Below are positions 19,244 to 29,106 of a stretch of DNA of 64,000 nt, piece by piece; within the stretch, counting starts at the first letter, position 1; each line of letters opens with the position of its first letter. Under the pieces are notes generated by a model. It was not told where the DNA came from, did not search any database, and worked only from the letters and a program-made list of their open reading frames with translations. The DNA is from Candidatus Latescibacterota bacterium. Its GTDB lineage: Bacteria > Latescibacterota > UBA2968 > SICM01. The DNA is taken from the NCBI GenBank assembly GCA_965217865.1, contig CBDCJO010000002.1, positions 4,768,001-4,832,000 of the forward strand, in the 5' to 3' direction. Made by a program: the position numbers and the translations under genes.

Positions 19244-20701
19244 GTGAAAAGGATTCTGTATTTGCGGCACACGAAGATCATATGCACCCTGGGGCCGGTC
19301 AGCCGGTCTCCGGAGGTCATCAAGAACCTGATCCGGGCGGGGATGGATGTCGCGCGGCTAAATTTTTCGCACGGGACACACCGGGAACACGATGAAGTTG
19401 TGAATCTCCTGCGTAAGGCCTCGAAGGAGGCCGGAAGGCCAGTTGCCATCCTTCAGGATCTGCAGGGACCCAAGATTCGGGTCGGATCGATCTCGGCCGG
19501 GACGGCCCGGCTGGAGAATGGCGCGTTTTTTACGCTGACGACTCGTGCCGTGCCGGGAGATGAAACCTGTGCCTCCACGAATTACGGTGAGATCGGGCGG
19601 GACGTGAAGGTTGGGGATCGAATTCTCCTGGATGACGGGCTCATCGAATTAGGTGTTGTGGAAGTTGACTCCGAGAAAGTGCGATGCCAGGTCATAAAAG
19701 GCGGCCTCCTTCGCCCACACAAAGGAATCAACTTGCCGGGGGTTGCGGTCAGCATACCGGCGTTGACCGCGAAAGACCGGGAGGACTTGCGATTCGGTAT
19801 GACTCTCGGCGTAGATTATGTGGCATTGTCTTTTGTGCGTAGCCCGGATGATGTCGCCCAGATCAAAGAGGTCATCCGGAAGGAGGGCCCCGACGTCCCT
19901 GTCATCGCAAAGCTGGAGAAACCGGAGGCCATAGACGGGCTGGAAGGGATCCTGGACCTGGCCGACGGGGTGATGATCGCGCGTGGGGATCTCGGTGTGG
20001 AGCTGTCTCCGGAACGTGTGCCGGTCCTTCAGAAGCGGATTATCGAGGATGCGAATCGGGAGAAGGTCCTCGTGATCACGGCGACGCAGATGCTGGAGTC
20101 GATGACGGTGAATCCAAGGCCCACGCGTGCGGAAGCATCCGACGTGGCAAACGCCATCTTCGACGGGACGGACGCGGTGATGCTTTCAGGTGAAACGGCG
20201 GTTGGGGAATACCCGGTCCCGTCCGTAGAGATGATGGCCCGAATCGTGGATCAGGCGGAAGAGAGCTTGCTGTCCCGAGGACAGACCCGCCGACGTCGCT
20301 GGGAGACACCGACGTTGTCTTTTCCGGAGGCTACAGCGGAAGCGGCCTGCCTGGCTGCGCAGGATCTCGGCGCCCGGGCGATTGTGGCATTCACCCAATC
20401 CGGGTTTACAGCTCGCTTGATCTCCAAATACAAGCCGTCTTGCAGGGTGATCGGGTTCACGCCGAATGATCGGATCGTCGGGCGTATGACCCTGTACTGG
20501 GGGGTTGAACCCCGAAAGCTGGATCACGTGGTGGGGATCGACGAGATGCTCGAACGTCTCGACGACCTGCTTATCTAGGATGGGTCCGTATCGGCAGGGG
20601 ACACGCTTGTAATCGTTGCGGGTGCTCCCCTTAACCAGCAAGGACAGACGAATTTCTTGAAACTTCATCGAGTAGGAGAGCTGTCGAAAACAGGGAAATG
20701 A
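19244..20701 (+). pseudogene. pyk: Pyruvate kinase with an in-frame TAG at 20576-20578
   Basis: TKIICTLGP, ARLNFSHG, ARGDLGVE and MLSGETA motifs; the conserved tail GDTLVIVAGAP...GQTNFLKLHRV continues in frame after the TAG to TGA at 20699-20701. Confidence 0.93.
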
Positions 20702-20760
20702 AAAAAAATGAAAAATGGAAAGTGCAGGATGATTATGAGTGATCATACAGGAGGAATTTG

Positions 20761-21624
20761 ATGAAACTTGTCAGTTACGGAGAGGCGGGATCCGAGCGTG
20801 CGGGGGTTATGGTGGGAGATCGGATCTTGGATATCAACGGCGCAGCACCGGACCTCCCCTCGCAACTGAAGCAGATCCTCGAGCGGGGAATGATTCCGGC
20901 GGTAGAGGCCCTTTTCGAGAAGGCCGATCGGATGGGACCTGAACGATTTGTGGATTCGGGGTCCGTGCGACTCGGTCCGCCTGTGCCCCGACCGGGCACG
21001 ATTGTCTGCGTCGGCCTGAACTACAAAGACCATGCAGAGGAGACGAAAGTCCCCTTGCCCAAAGCTCCGTTGCTCTTTTCAAAAGCAGGATCGTGCGCTG
21101 TTGGCCCGACGGACGACGTTGTTCTGCCTCCCCACAGCGGAAACATCGACTGGGAGGTGGAGCTCGCGGTGGTGATCGGGGAGAAAGCCCGGCGGGTGGC
21201 CTCGAAAGATGCAGATCGTGTGATCGCCGGCTATACGGCGGCCAATGATGTAAGCGGACGGGAAGCGCAATTCGGAGACGGACAGTGGTTTCGGGGAAAG
21301 AGCTTCGACACCTTTGCGCCTATGGGACCCTATCTTTTCACAAAGGATGAGGTCTCAGACCCCCACGATCTTGACATCTGGATGAAGGTCAACGGGGAGT
21401 TCAAACAACGCAGCAATACTTCGAATCTAATCTTCAAGATCCCTGAACTGGTTGAATATATCACCGCCGGTTTGACCCTTCAGCCGGGGGATGTCATCTT
21501 TACGGGTACGACATCGGGCGTTGGGGCGTTTATGGAGCCGGCGCAGTTTTTGAAGGAAGGAGATATGATGGAGTTGGAAGTGGAAGGATTGGGGGGACAT
21601 CGTACAAGGGTGGTTAAAGCGTAG
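20761..21624 (+). CDS. Fumarylacetoacetate hydrolase family protein
   Basis: CVGLNYKDH, DWEVEL, ANDVSGR, GKSFDTFAP and GDVIFTGT motifs. Confidence 0.93.
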   Translation: MKLVSYGEAGSERAGVMVGDRILDINGAAPDLPSQLKQILERGMIPAVEALFEKADRMGPERFVDSGSVRLGPPVPRPGTIVCVGLNYKDHAEETKVPLPKAPLLFSKAGSCAVGPTDDVVLPPHSGNIDWEVELAVVIGEKARRVASKDADRVIAGYTAANDVSGREAQFGDGQWFRGKSFDTFAPMGPYLFTKDEVSDPHDLDIWMKVNGEFKQRSNTSNLIFKIPELVEYITAGLTLQPGDVIFTGTTSGVGAFMEPAQFLKEGDMMELEVEGLGGHRTRVVKA

Positions 21625-21809
21625 AGGTCAGGGAAAAGCAGTAGCAGTAGCAGTGGCAGGAAGAGCAAAGGCAGGGGTCAGAGGTATGAGGAAATTGAAG
21701 ATTGAAGATTGAATATCGAAGAGATGCCGTGTCCAGAAGAAAGTCCTGGGGTTTTGAAATATTCAATTTTCCGATATTCAATATTCAATGAAGTTAAAGG
21801 GAGAGGGTT

Positions 21810-23006
21810 ATGGCAGAAAGGCATCAACCGGAAGTGGGCGTGGGGTTGATCGGTGCTGGATTCTCCGCGGGTCAACACGCCAATGCCTATCAGACAGTAC
21901 GGGGGGTGAAGGTAAATCTGGTGGCAGTCTGCTCTCGCGACATCCATAGGGCGGAGCGGTTTGCCAGCAAACATGGTTTCGAGCATGCCTTTGGGGATTA
22001 CCGGAAGGTCCTTGATCGTCCTGACGTAGATCTCGTGGATGTGTGTACGCCGAACAGCCACCATCGTCAGGTGGTCATCGACGCGGCCCTGGCCGGCAAG
22101 GAGATCGTCTGTGAAAAACCCCTGACTGCCTACTGCGGAGAAGACATGGATGACCTTGCGGGAATGACGACGACCCGCCAGGAGATGTTGCGAGTGGCCA
22201 TGGAAAATGTCAAGGAGATGCGACAAGCGGCCGATCGGGGGGGCGTGAGGATCATGTACGCCGAGAATTGGGTCTATTCGCCCCCGATCCAGAAGGCGCT
22301 AAACCTGGCCTGTGCGAGCGGTGGCACAATTCTGGACATCAGGGGGGAGGAGTCGCACAGCGGATCTCACTCGGCGTTCTCGAAGCGCTGGAAATTCACC
22401 GGGGGAGGGGCCCTGATCCGGCTCGGGTCGCATCCATTGGGTGCGGCGATCTATATGAAGCGCGCAGAGGCCGCTTTTCGGGAATTGCCGGTGCCCAGAC
22501 CCGTCTCCGTTACCGCTGAGGTAGGATATCTGACACGGACCAGCGCGTTCCAGAGAAAGCCTGATCCGTGGCTCGTTCAGGACTGGCAGGACGTGGAGGA
22601 CTGGTCCGTGGCCGTGGTCACGTTCAGCGACGGATCCAAGGCGACCATCACCGCGACGGATGTCGTCCTGGGAGGGATTCAGAACCGGATCGAACTCTAT
22701 CTGTCGAACGCTCGAATCATCTGTAATATCAATCCGAATTCGACCGTCCAGGCCTACGCCCCCGACGACAAGATTTTCGAATCGGAATATATCGCCGAGA
22801 AGATTTCAACAAAAGCGGGATGGAGCTTCGCTTCACCCGACGAGGAATGGATGCAGGGGTATCCACATGAGATTCAAAATTTTGTGGAATGCGCAACGTT
22901 TAAGATGCAGCCGCTTTCCGACGCGCAGTTGGGTGAGGATGTGGTGAAGGTGATCTATTCGGCTTATCTGTCCGCCGAGGCGGGAAGGAAGGTGGAGATT
23001 GAGTGA
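21810..23006 (+). CDS. Gfo/Idh/MocA oxidoreductase
   Basis: IGAGFS, CTPNSHH, CEKPL and GGGALIRLGSH motifs. Confidence 0.92.
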   Translation: MAERHQPEVGVGLIGAGFSAGQHANAYQTVRGVKVNLVAVCSRDIHRAERFASKHGFEHAFGDYRKVLDRPDVDLVDVCTPNSHHRQVVIDAALAGKEIVCEKPLTAYCGEDMDDLAGMTTTRQEMLRVAMENVKEMRQAADRGGVRIMYAENWVYSPPIQKALNLACASGGTILDIRGEESHSGSHSAFSKRWKFTGGGALIRLGSHPLGAAIYMKRAEAAFRELPVPRPVSVTAEVGYLTRTSAFQRKPDPWLVQDWQDVEDWSVAVVTFSDGSKATITATDVVLGGIQNRIELYLSNARIICNINPNSTVQAYAPDDKIFESEYIAEKISTKAGWSFASPDEEWMQGYPHEIQNFVECATFKMQPLSDAQLGEDVVKVIYSAYLSAEAGRKVEIE

Positions 23007-23080
23007 GGTAGGAAATGGAAAGTGAAAAATGGAAAATGAAAAATGCAAGTTTTGAAAATTGACCCCCCCGTTTTTAAAGA

Positions 23081-23111
23081 AGAGCCCGACGGGATCATCC
23101 GCCGGGCTTTT
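23081..23111 (+). terminator. Rho-independent terminator
   Basis: AGCCCGACGG...CCGCCGGGCT stem followed by TTT, between convergent genes. Confidence 0.6.
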
Positions 23112-23117
23112 GTGCAC

Positions 23118-23531
23118 CTAAACTCCAATGGCCCTGAGGCCGACTCTCTTGGCAGCTGAGATCTGATGGTGGTCTGAGGACACAAAAACATCGGCTCCCC
23201 ATTCGAGTGCGCAACCGATATGGAGTGCGTCCATCGCGCGCAGGGGGGTTGTTTCCAGAACCCGAATCGATTGACCCACAACGGAGGGCGTGATGTTGCA
23301 GATCGCCGCACCAGTGAGGTCATTCAAGAGCGCATCCTTTATTTGATCATACCGGTATAGGGTCAGCAGACGATCCTGTCTTAATCTGCAAGAGGGCTGA
23401 GATGATTTCCGGCAGACAGATCACACTGACTGCAAGGTCGCTGGAACTCAAACAGAGTGCTTCAACCTGTTCCGTCCCGGGTTCTTCAATGTATCGTTTC
23501 GCGAATGCCGAAGCGTCGAAAAGGCCCTCAT
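23118..23531 (-). pseudogene. vapC: VapC/PIN toxin frameshifted by +1 near 23390
   Basis: N-terminal MRAFFDASAFAKRYIEEPG lies in one frame and LRAMDALHIGCA...FVSSD in another; removing one base joins them; ATGA overlap with the antitoxin gene. Confidence 0.85.
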
Positions 23532-23761
23532 CTTTCAGCTTGCTCCCTCTCCTTGAATATCTCCTTGCTCAGAGAGGCACCCTCTAACCTGAGCTTGAGG
23601 GCCGGTTGCTTCCAGGTGGGGTTATTATCGTGATCTGAGACCGGAACGATGTCGGCGATCGGCCGGCCATAACGCAGGACCCGGATTTTTTCGCCTTTTT
23701 CAACTTCGTCCAGGCATGATGCCGCAGTTTGACGGAATTTTGTGAAAGCAATCGTCTTCAT
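23528..23761 (-). CDS. Phd/YefM-family antitoxin
   Basis: MKTIAFTKFRQ...LDEVEKGEKIRVLRYGRPIADIVP. Confidence 0.9.
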   Translation of the reverse strand: MKTIAFTKFRQTAASCLDEVEKGEKIRVLRYGRPIADIVPVSDHDNNPTWKQPALKLRLEGASLSKEIFKEREQAER

Positions 23762-23790
23762 TTCACTCTCCCTTAGGCCTATGAGAATTA

Positions 23791-23837
23791 TGTACAGATA
23801 TGTACATAAATGTACATTATTATTCTGGATTTGTCAA
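23791..23837 (-). promoter_or_regulatory. Sigma70 promoter of phd-vapC with three TGTACA operator palindromes
   Basis: Minus strand TTGACA-N17-TACATT; TGTACA at 23791, 23801 and 23811. Confidence 0.75.
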
Positions 23838-23931
23838 ATCAAAAGGTCTCATCGACCACTCTTGAAATTGATGAAAAAACCGTGGACTGGCCTTCCTGGA
23901 GCGGATTATTAACGTCCCGTCGGCAATGCGC

Positions 23932-23960
23932 TTGACTTTCCCATGCCATCTATCTATCTT
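23932..23960 (+). promoter_or_regulatory. Sigma70 promoter of the second TA pair
   Basis: TTGACT-N17-TATCTT. Confidence 0.55.
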
Positions 23961-24037
23961 TATTAAAGTTAAGAGATTGTTTATAAAGAGCTCCGGAATA
24001 AACATCTTTACTCCCAAAGATGAGGGGAGATTCGACA

Positions 24038-24355
24038 ATGGAAAATGTCAACGGTCAATTGATCAAGCATCTTAAACGGATAGAACCCGCTGAAAACGTG
24101 GATTCCAGTCTGGGACGTGTCCTCAAAAATCAGGCCGAGGAAAAATTAAGAGAACTCCGTGTGCTGATTCGCTATTACCAGATGCGTTATGGCATGTCCG
24201 TCAACGAGTTCTACGCTCGAAAGATCAAAGATCAGGATCATACTTGGGAGGACGAGGAAACCCATTTCGACTGGGTCAGCGCACTTCAAGCGGCCGAAGA
24301 CATGGAAAAAGAGATCATCGGTTTAGAGGAAATTCTTGCCCATGCAGACGGTTGA
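24038..24355 (+). CDS. Putative antitoxin (TumA-like)
   Basis: YQMRYGMSVNEFY...HFDW pattern; overlaps the downstream small toxin-like gene. Confidence 0.6.
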   Translation: MENVNGQLIKHLKRIEPAENVDSSLGRVLKNQAEEKLRELRVLIRYYQMRYGMSVNEFYARKIKDQDHTWEDEETHFDWVSALQAAEDMEKEIIGLEEILAHADG

Positions 24356-24698
24356 AGATTTCCTAAAGGAGGTGCGACAGGGGTTATCGAATTACGCTTA
24401 ATATGTTCGATATGAGATCGTCAGTCGCGGTGCTCAATACGTGAAGATTCGGCTCATCATCAATAAAGATCTCTTCGTTCAGGTCAACCGCAATGAGGCA
24501 GCATCGCTCACCAATTTTGCGCTGATCCATCGATCTCAAAGGACCTATGGCCGGGACGAGTATAGAGAGGTTTGGCATCGACACAATTTGTCAGATCCAA
24601 AACATCATAACAGCAGTCCAGAAGGCAGCCAGTCTATTTCCCTCACAGAGTTTCTTGCAGAAGTGGACAACCTATTGCACACCGAGGGGCTGATTTGA
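24342..24698 (+). pseudogene. Putative TumE/DUF6516-like toxin with an in-frame TAA at 24399-24401
   Basis: MQTVEDFLKEVRQGLSNYA*YVRYEI... is in frame with ORF 24441 (YGRD...WHRH). Confidence 0.6.
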
Positions 24699-24736
24699 AC
24701 CTTATCCCAAATTCTGTGTGCCCGGACAACCAATAT

Positions 24737-24768
24737 AAAAAGGCCCGGTGGACTTTCCGCCGGGCCTT
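24737..24768 (-). terminator. Rho-independent terminator (possibly bidirectional)
   Basis: AGGCCCGGTGGA-CTT-TCCGCCGGGCCT stem with an adjacent A-run. Confidence 0.6.
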
Positions 24769-27575
24769 GTGCATATCCTCCTGAAGGCATTCCTTTCTTC
24801 TCTACACCCCTCCCCGATGGGGAAAACCTGTGAATCGGAGAAACAGAGAGAATGTTTTCCCCTTCCCCGGTTCTCCGACTCCCCAAAGACAAGGTGTTGG
24901 GTTCCCCGACCCCGACACCTGGCCCCCGGTCCCTGATTATTTTGCTACTTCACAAACACCATCTTCCGCAACGCCACGCTCGTTCCCGCCTCCAACCTAT
25001 ACAGATAGAGTCCTGTCGACACCGAACGACCTGACGCATCCCGGCCGTCCCATCGGGTGTTGTACCTGCCTGCCGAATGGGGAGCGTTTATCAAAACGCG
25101 GACCTCCTGGCCCTGTATGTTATAGATGGTCAGGCGTACCTCAGAGGCCTCGGGCACCGAGTAGCGGATGGTGGTTTCGGGGTTGAAGGGGTTGGGGAAG
25201 TTCTGATCCAGCCCGAAGGACAGGGGCTCGTTGGAATCCAGCGCGAAACGAACATCCGGAGATCCGCTTAACGGATCCAGACCGCCGACCAACCTATTTC
25301 CTACCCGGGTACTGTTCTTGGCCAGCTTCGCGTGTTTGCCCTTACCCTTTTTGGGCACCGGAACATTCAGAATATTGGAGATGTTCCCGGAGGCATCCGT
25401 GGCAAACGCACGGAGGTTGGGCCCAGGCCCGGAGGCGGAAATCAGGTTTCCGTTCGCGTCGAAGACAAACTTCCAGGTGCCTCCTCCGCCGCCATCGTCA
25501 TCATCGTCTTTACCCCCACCCTTCACGACGAGCTTCACCTTCTGTCCATCGGTCACCGGGAAACCGCCCTTCTGGATCGCCGCGTTCAACAGGTCCTCCA
25601 GCAGTTGCTGATCCGGCCCTTTGAGCTCCACCTTGATCTTATTCTTCTTGAACTTGATCTTGATTTCGTTTTTGACGTTGCCCCCGCCGTCATCGTCATC
25701 GTCGCCGCCGCCTTTCTTTTTCTTGAATTTCAGCTGAAACTGGTCTGTCGGGCCAAGAGGGTGGACGATACAGGCGGTTTCCACGGGATTTGGATCGCAC
25801 AGGTCGGTCCCCAAAACCGACACCATGAAGAGGTTTCCGCTTCCGCCATCGTCGTCGTCATCATCCCCGGAACCGCCTACCCGCATCAATGCGGCCTCGA
25901 TTTCGGGGGGGGTGTTGTCCACGATCGTCACGTTCTGGGTCGCCGTCGAGGTGTTGCCGCTGGCGTCTTCCGCTGTCCAGGTTACCACTATCGTGCCCAG
26001 AATGATGGCGGGTGCATCGTTGGTGACGGTGGGGAAGGGGTCACAGTTGTCGATAGCCGTGGCAATACCGATGCTCAGGGCCTGTCCGCCCTGGCCAGTG
26101 CACTCCAAGGCGAGGTCCGCAGGCACAGTCAGAACCGGGCCTGTGATGTCCTGAACGACGATATTCTGCGTCTGCGTCAAGGTGTTCCCGTTGCCGTCAT
26201 CGTAGGTCCATGTCACCAGGGACGTTCCTTGAGTTGAACGGGTCAGGGGGTCGGTTGTGGTCCCAGTGATGGTCCCTGAGCAGTTGTCGGTCGCCGTAGG
26301 GGCTGTGCTGATCGTGGCCGAGCACTCGCCAGTGGCAGGTGCTAGGGACGGCAGATCGGCAACCGGTGCCGTGACGTCATTCACGACGATGTTCTGCGTC
26401 TGTGTCGTGGTGTTGCCGTTGCCGTCGTCGTAGGTCCATGTCACCACCGACGTCCCCTGAGTTGCTCGGGTCAAGGGGTCGGTTGTCGTTCCGGTGATTG
26501 CCCCGGCGCAGTTGTCGGTTGCCGTGGGCGGGCCGGCGATCGTGGCTGAGCATTGGCCTGTCGCGTCCGCCAGGGACGCTGCATCGGCCACCGGGGCAGT
26601 GTTGTCCTCCACGACGATGTTCTGCGTCTGTGTCGTGGTGTTTCCGTTTCCGTCGTCGTATGTCCATGTCACGACGGACGTCCCCTGAGTTGCTCGGGTC
26701 AAGGCGTCGGTTGTCGTTCCGGTGATTGCCCCGGCGCAGTTGTCGGTTGCCGTGGGGGCTGCTCCGATCGTGGCCGAGCATTCACCTGTGGCAGGTGCTA
26801 GGGACGCCAGATCGGGAACCGGATCTGTGGTGTCCTCCACGACGATATTCTGCGTCTGTGTCGTGGTGTTGCCGTTGCCATCGTCGTATGTCCATGTCAC
26901 GACGGACGTCCCCTGAGTTGTGCTGGTTAGATCGTCGGTCGTTGTCCCATTGATTGCTCCTGCGCAGTTGTCGGTTGCCGTTGGGGCTGCGCCGATCGTG
27001 GCCGAGCATTCACCTGTGGCAGGTGCTAGGGACGCCAGATCGGGCACCGGATCTGTGGTGTCCTCCACGACGATATTCTGCGTCTGTGTCGACGAGTTGC
27101 CGTTGCCATCGTCGTATGTCCATGTCACGACGGACGTCCCCTGAGTTGTGCTGGTTAGATCGTCGGTCGTTGTCCCATTGATTGCTCCTGCGCAGTTGTC
27201 GGTTGCCGTTGGGGCTGCGCCGATCGTGGCCGAGCATTCACCTGTGGCAGGTGCTAGGGACGCCAGATCGGGCACCGGATCTGTGGTGTCCTCCACGACG
27301 ATATTCTGCGTCTGTGTCGACGAGTTGCCGTTGCCATCGTCGTATGTCCATGTCACGACGGACGTCCCCTGAGTTGTGCTGGTTAGATCGTCGGTCGTTG
27401 TCCCATTGATTGCTCCTGCGCAGTTGTCGGTTGCCGTTGGGGCTGCGCCGATCGTGGCCGAGCATTCACCTGTGGCAGGTGCTAGGGACGCCAGATCGGG
27501 CACCGGATCTGTGGTGTCCTCCACGACGATATTCTGCGTCTGTGTCGTGGTGTTCCCGTTTCCGTCGTCGAAGGT

Positions 27576-29003
27576 CTAGCAGCCCGTTGAAGAACTACCT
27601 TTCAACACACATAAACGGAAAAGACGCCTGGAGTGCGGGTCGGATAAATCAAGGTAAGGAGATTGAGCAGGAGACGCTGATAAGAGGTTAAAAAGGTGAC
27701 CGAGGGCAGCAAAGCGTGATTGTAGGACGAGCAGTAGACGCTGCAAGGCCTTGGCCAGGTCCTGGAGGGCCTTCGGAGTACCTACGCCCATCACTTTGCG
27801 CATGAGCAGAGCCAGGTTGCAGCCCCCGATGTGGATCAGCAAACGCTTGAGGATATTGCCGCGGTCTCTCAAGTGCAACCTGCGCATGCCACCGGTATCA
27901 TATGTGTGAGCGATGGTTCTTTCCACCCGTTCTGCACGACTTCGGCGCAAGGCCTTGCCGCGATCTCCCTTGATCCGGCGTCGATTCGCATATACCGCGG
28001 CCTGCTCATCTCGTCGGCCGTTCCACTTGCGGCGTCCCCGATCCGGTTCTGAAATGTAACTCCGGATGCCGCCTTGCTTCAGACTGGTCAATACATCGTT
28101 GCTATGATATCCTTTGTCCGCAACCACCTCCCGTATACGCTGTCTGTGCAAACGTTTGGCAGCTTTTTCGTCCTTCGCGACCTGCTTGAGATTGAGCTGC
28201 GCCTCGAGCAGCGTCCAGGACAACGACTCGGTATCTCCTTCATCTGCTCCCGACAACGCCACTGCCACAATGGCATTGGTGTCCAGATCCACCGCGTGCT
28301 CCACCTTGTGCGCCATGTGCGTGCGACCGTCCTTCATCTTAGCGATCTTGGCATCCGGGTCGTGCGGGTGCTCCCAGTCCTGGTTCGATCCCTTCTTCGG
28401 TCGCTTCTTATCGATCTTGGACAAGTCCTCGCGGGTAGGCGTTTCAATGCCCGAGGCCTTGGCCAGATTCTCAAGGAATGCCTGGTAGCCTTCACCCGTG
28501 TCACGGCGTACAATGCTGCGCATCGCGGCGTTGGCCTCCAGTGTCGTAGCATCCACGCCCAACGTCTTCCCCTTCACCAGACCCGCTTTGCACAAGACCC
28601 TCAGGATCCACTTGAAAACCGCTTCGTGAACTTCCAAGGGAAGCCGATGCCGGATGCGAGACAGGCTGGAATGATCCGGGGTCTGTTCGTCAAGGGCATA
28701 CCCCAAAAACCGGCGCAACGTCAGCGAGTCAGATACACGCCATTCGATCCCACGTTCCGAATCAAGTCCCTCGAAATACCCAATCAAAAGCATCCGAAAA
28801 TAAACCCCGGGCGGAATGCCCTTGCGACCCATATGAGGAGCGTAATACCGCTGGCAAAGCCCTTCGACGAACTCGTCGAACCCGTTCGCCTCCAATACCT
28901 GATTCAGCTTCTCGTAGAACGGATGACCCGGAGATTTCACCAAAGTGTTCGATGCGATGAACAGGTTTTCCTGTCTCTGTCGTCCTCGTTTTCCCATTGC
29001 CAT
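27576..29003 (-). CDS. DDE transposase, copy 2
   Basis: Near-identical to 1245-2645; its stop codon lies in the target duplication. Confidence 0.93.
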   Translation of the reverse strand: MAMGKRGRQRQENLFIASNTLVKSPGHPFYEKLNQVLEANGFDEFVEGLCQRYYAPHMGRKGIPPGVYFRMLLIGYFEGLDSERGIEWRVSDSLTLRRFLGYALDEQTPDHSSLSRIRHRLPLEVHEAVFKWILRVLCKAGLVKGKTLGVDATTLEANAAMRSIVRRDTGEGYQAFLENLAKASGIETPTREDLSKIDKKRPKKGSNQDWEHPHDPDAKIAKMKDGRTHMAHKVEHAVDLDTNAIVAVALSGADEGDTESLSWTLLEAQLNLKQVAKDEKAAKRLHRQRIREVVADKGYHSNDVLTSLKQGGIRSYISEPDRGRRKWNGRRDEQAAVYANRRRIKGDRGKALRRSRAERVERTIAHTYDTGGMRRLHLRDRGNILKRLLIHIGGCNLALLMRKVMGVGTPKALQDLAKALQRLLLVLQSRFAALGHLFNLLSASPAQSPYLDLSDPHSRRLFRLCVLKGSSSTGC

Positions 29004-29106
29004 TTGCTCGTCCTCCCTTCTCAGTTTGAACCTGATATATCATAGGACCAAACCACAAGGAAAGACAACAGTCATCTTGGCATAAACGCACTTTTTCAAC
29101 AGGCTG
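27580..29106 (-). mobile_element. IS copy 2 (1527 bp)
   Basis: Same IRs as copy 1; CTAG duplicated at 27576-27579 and 29107-29110. Confidence 0.95.
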
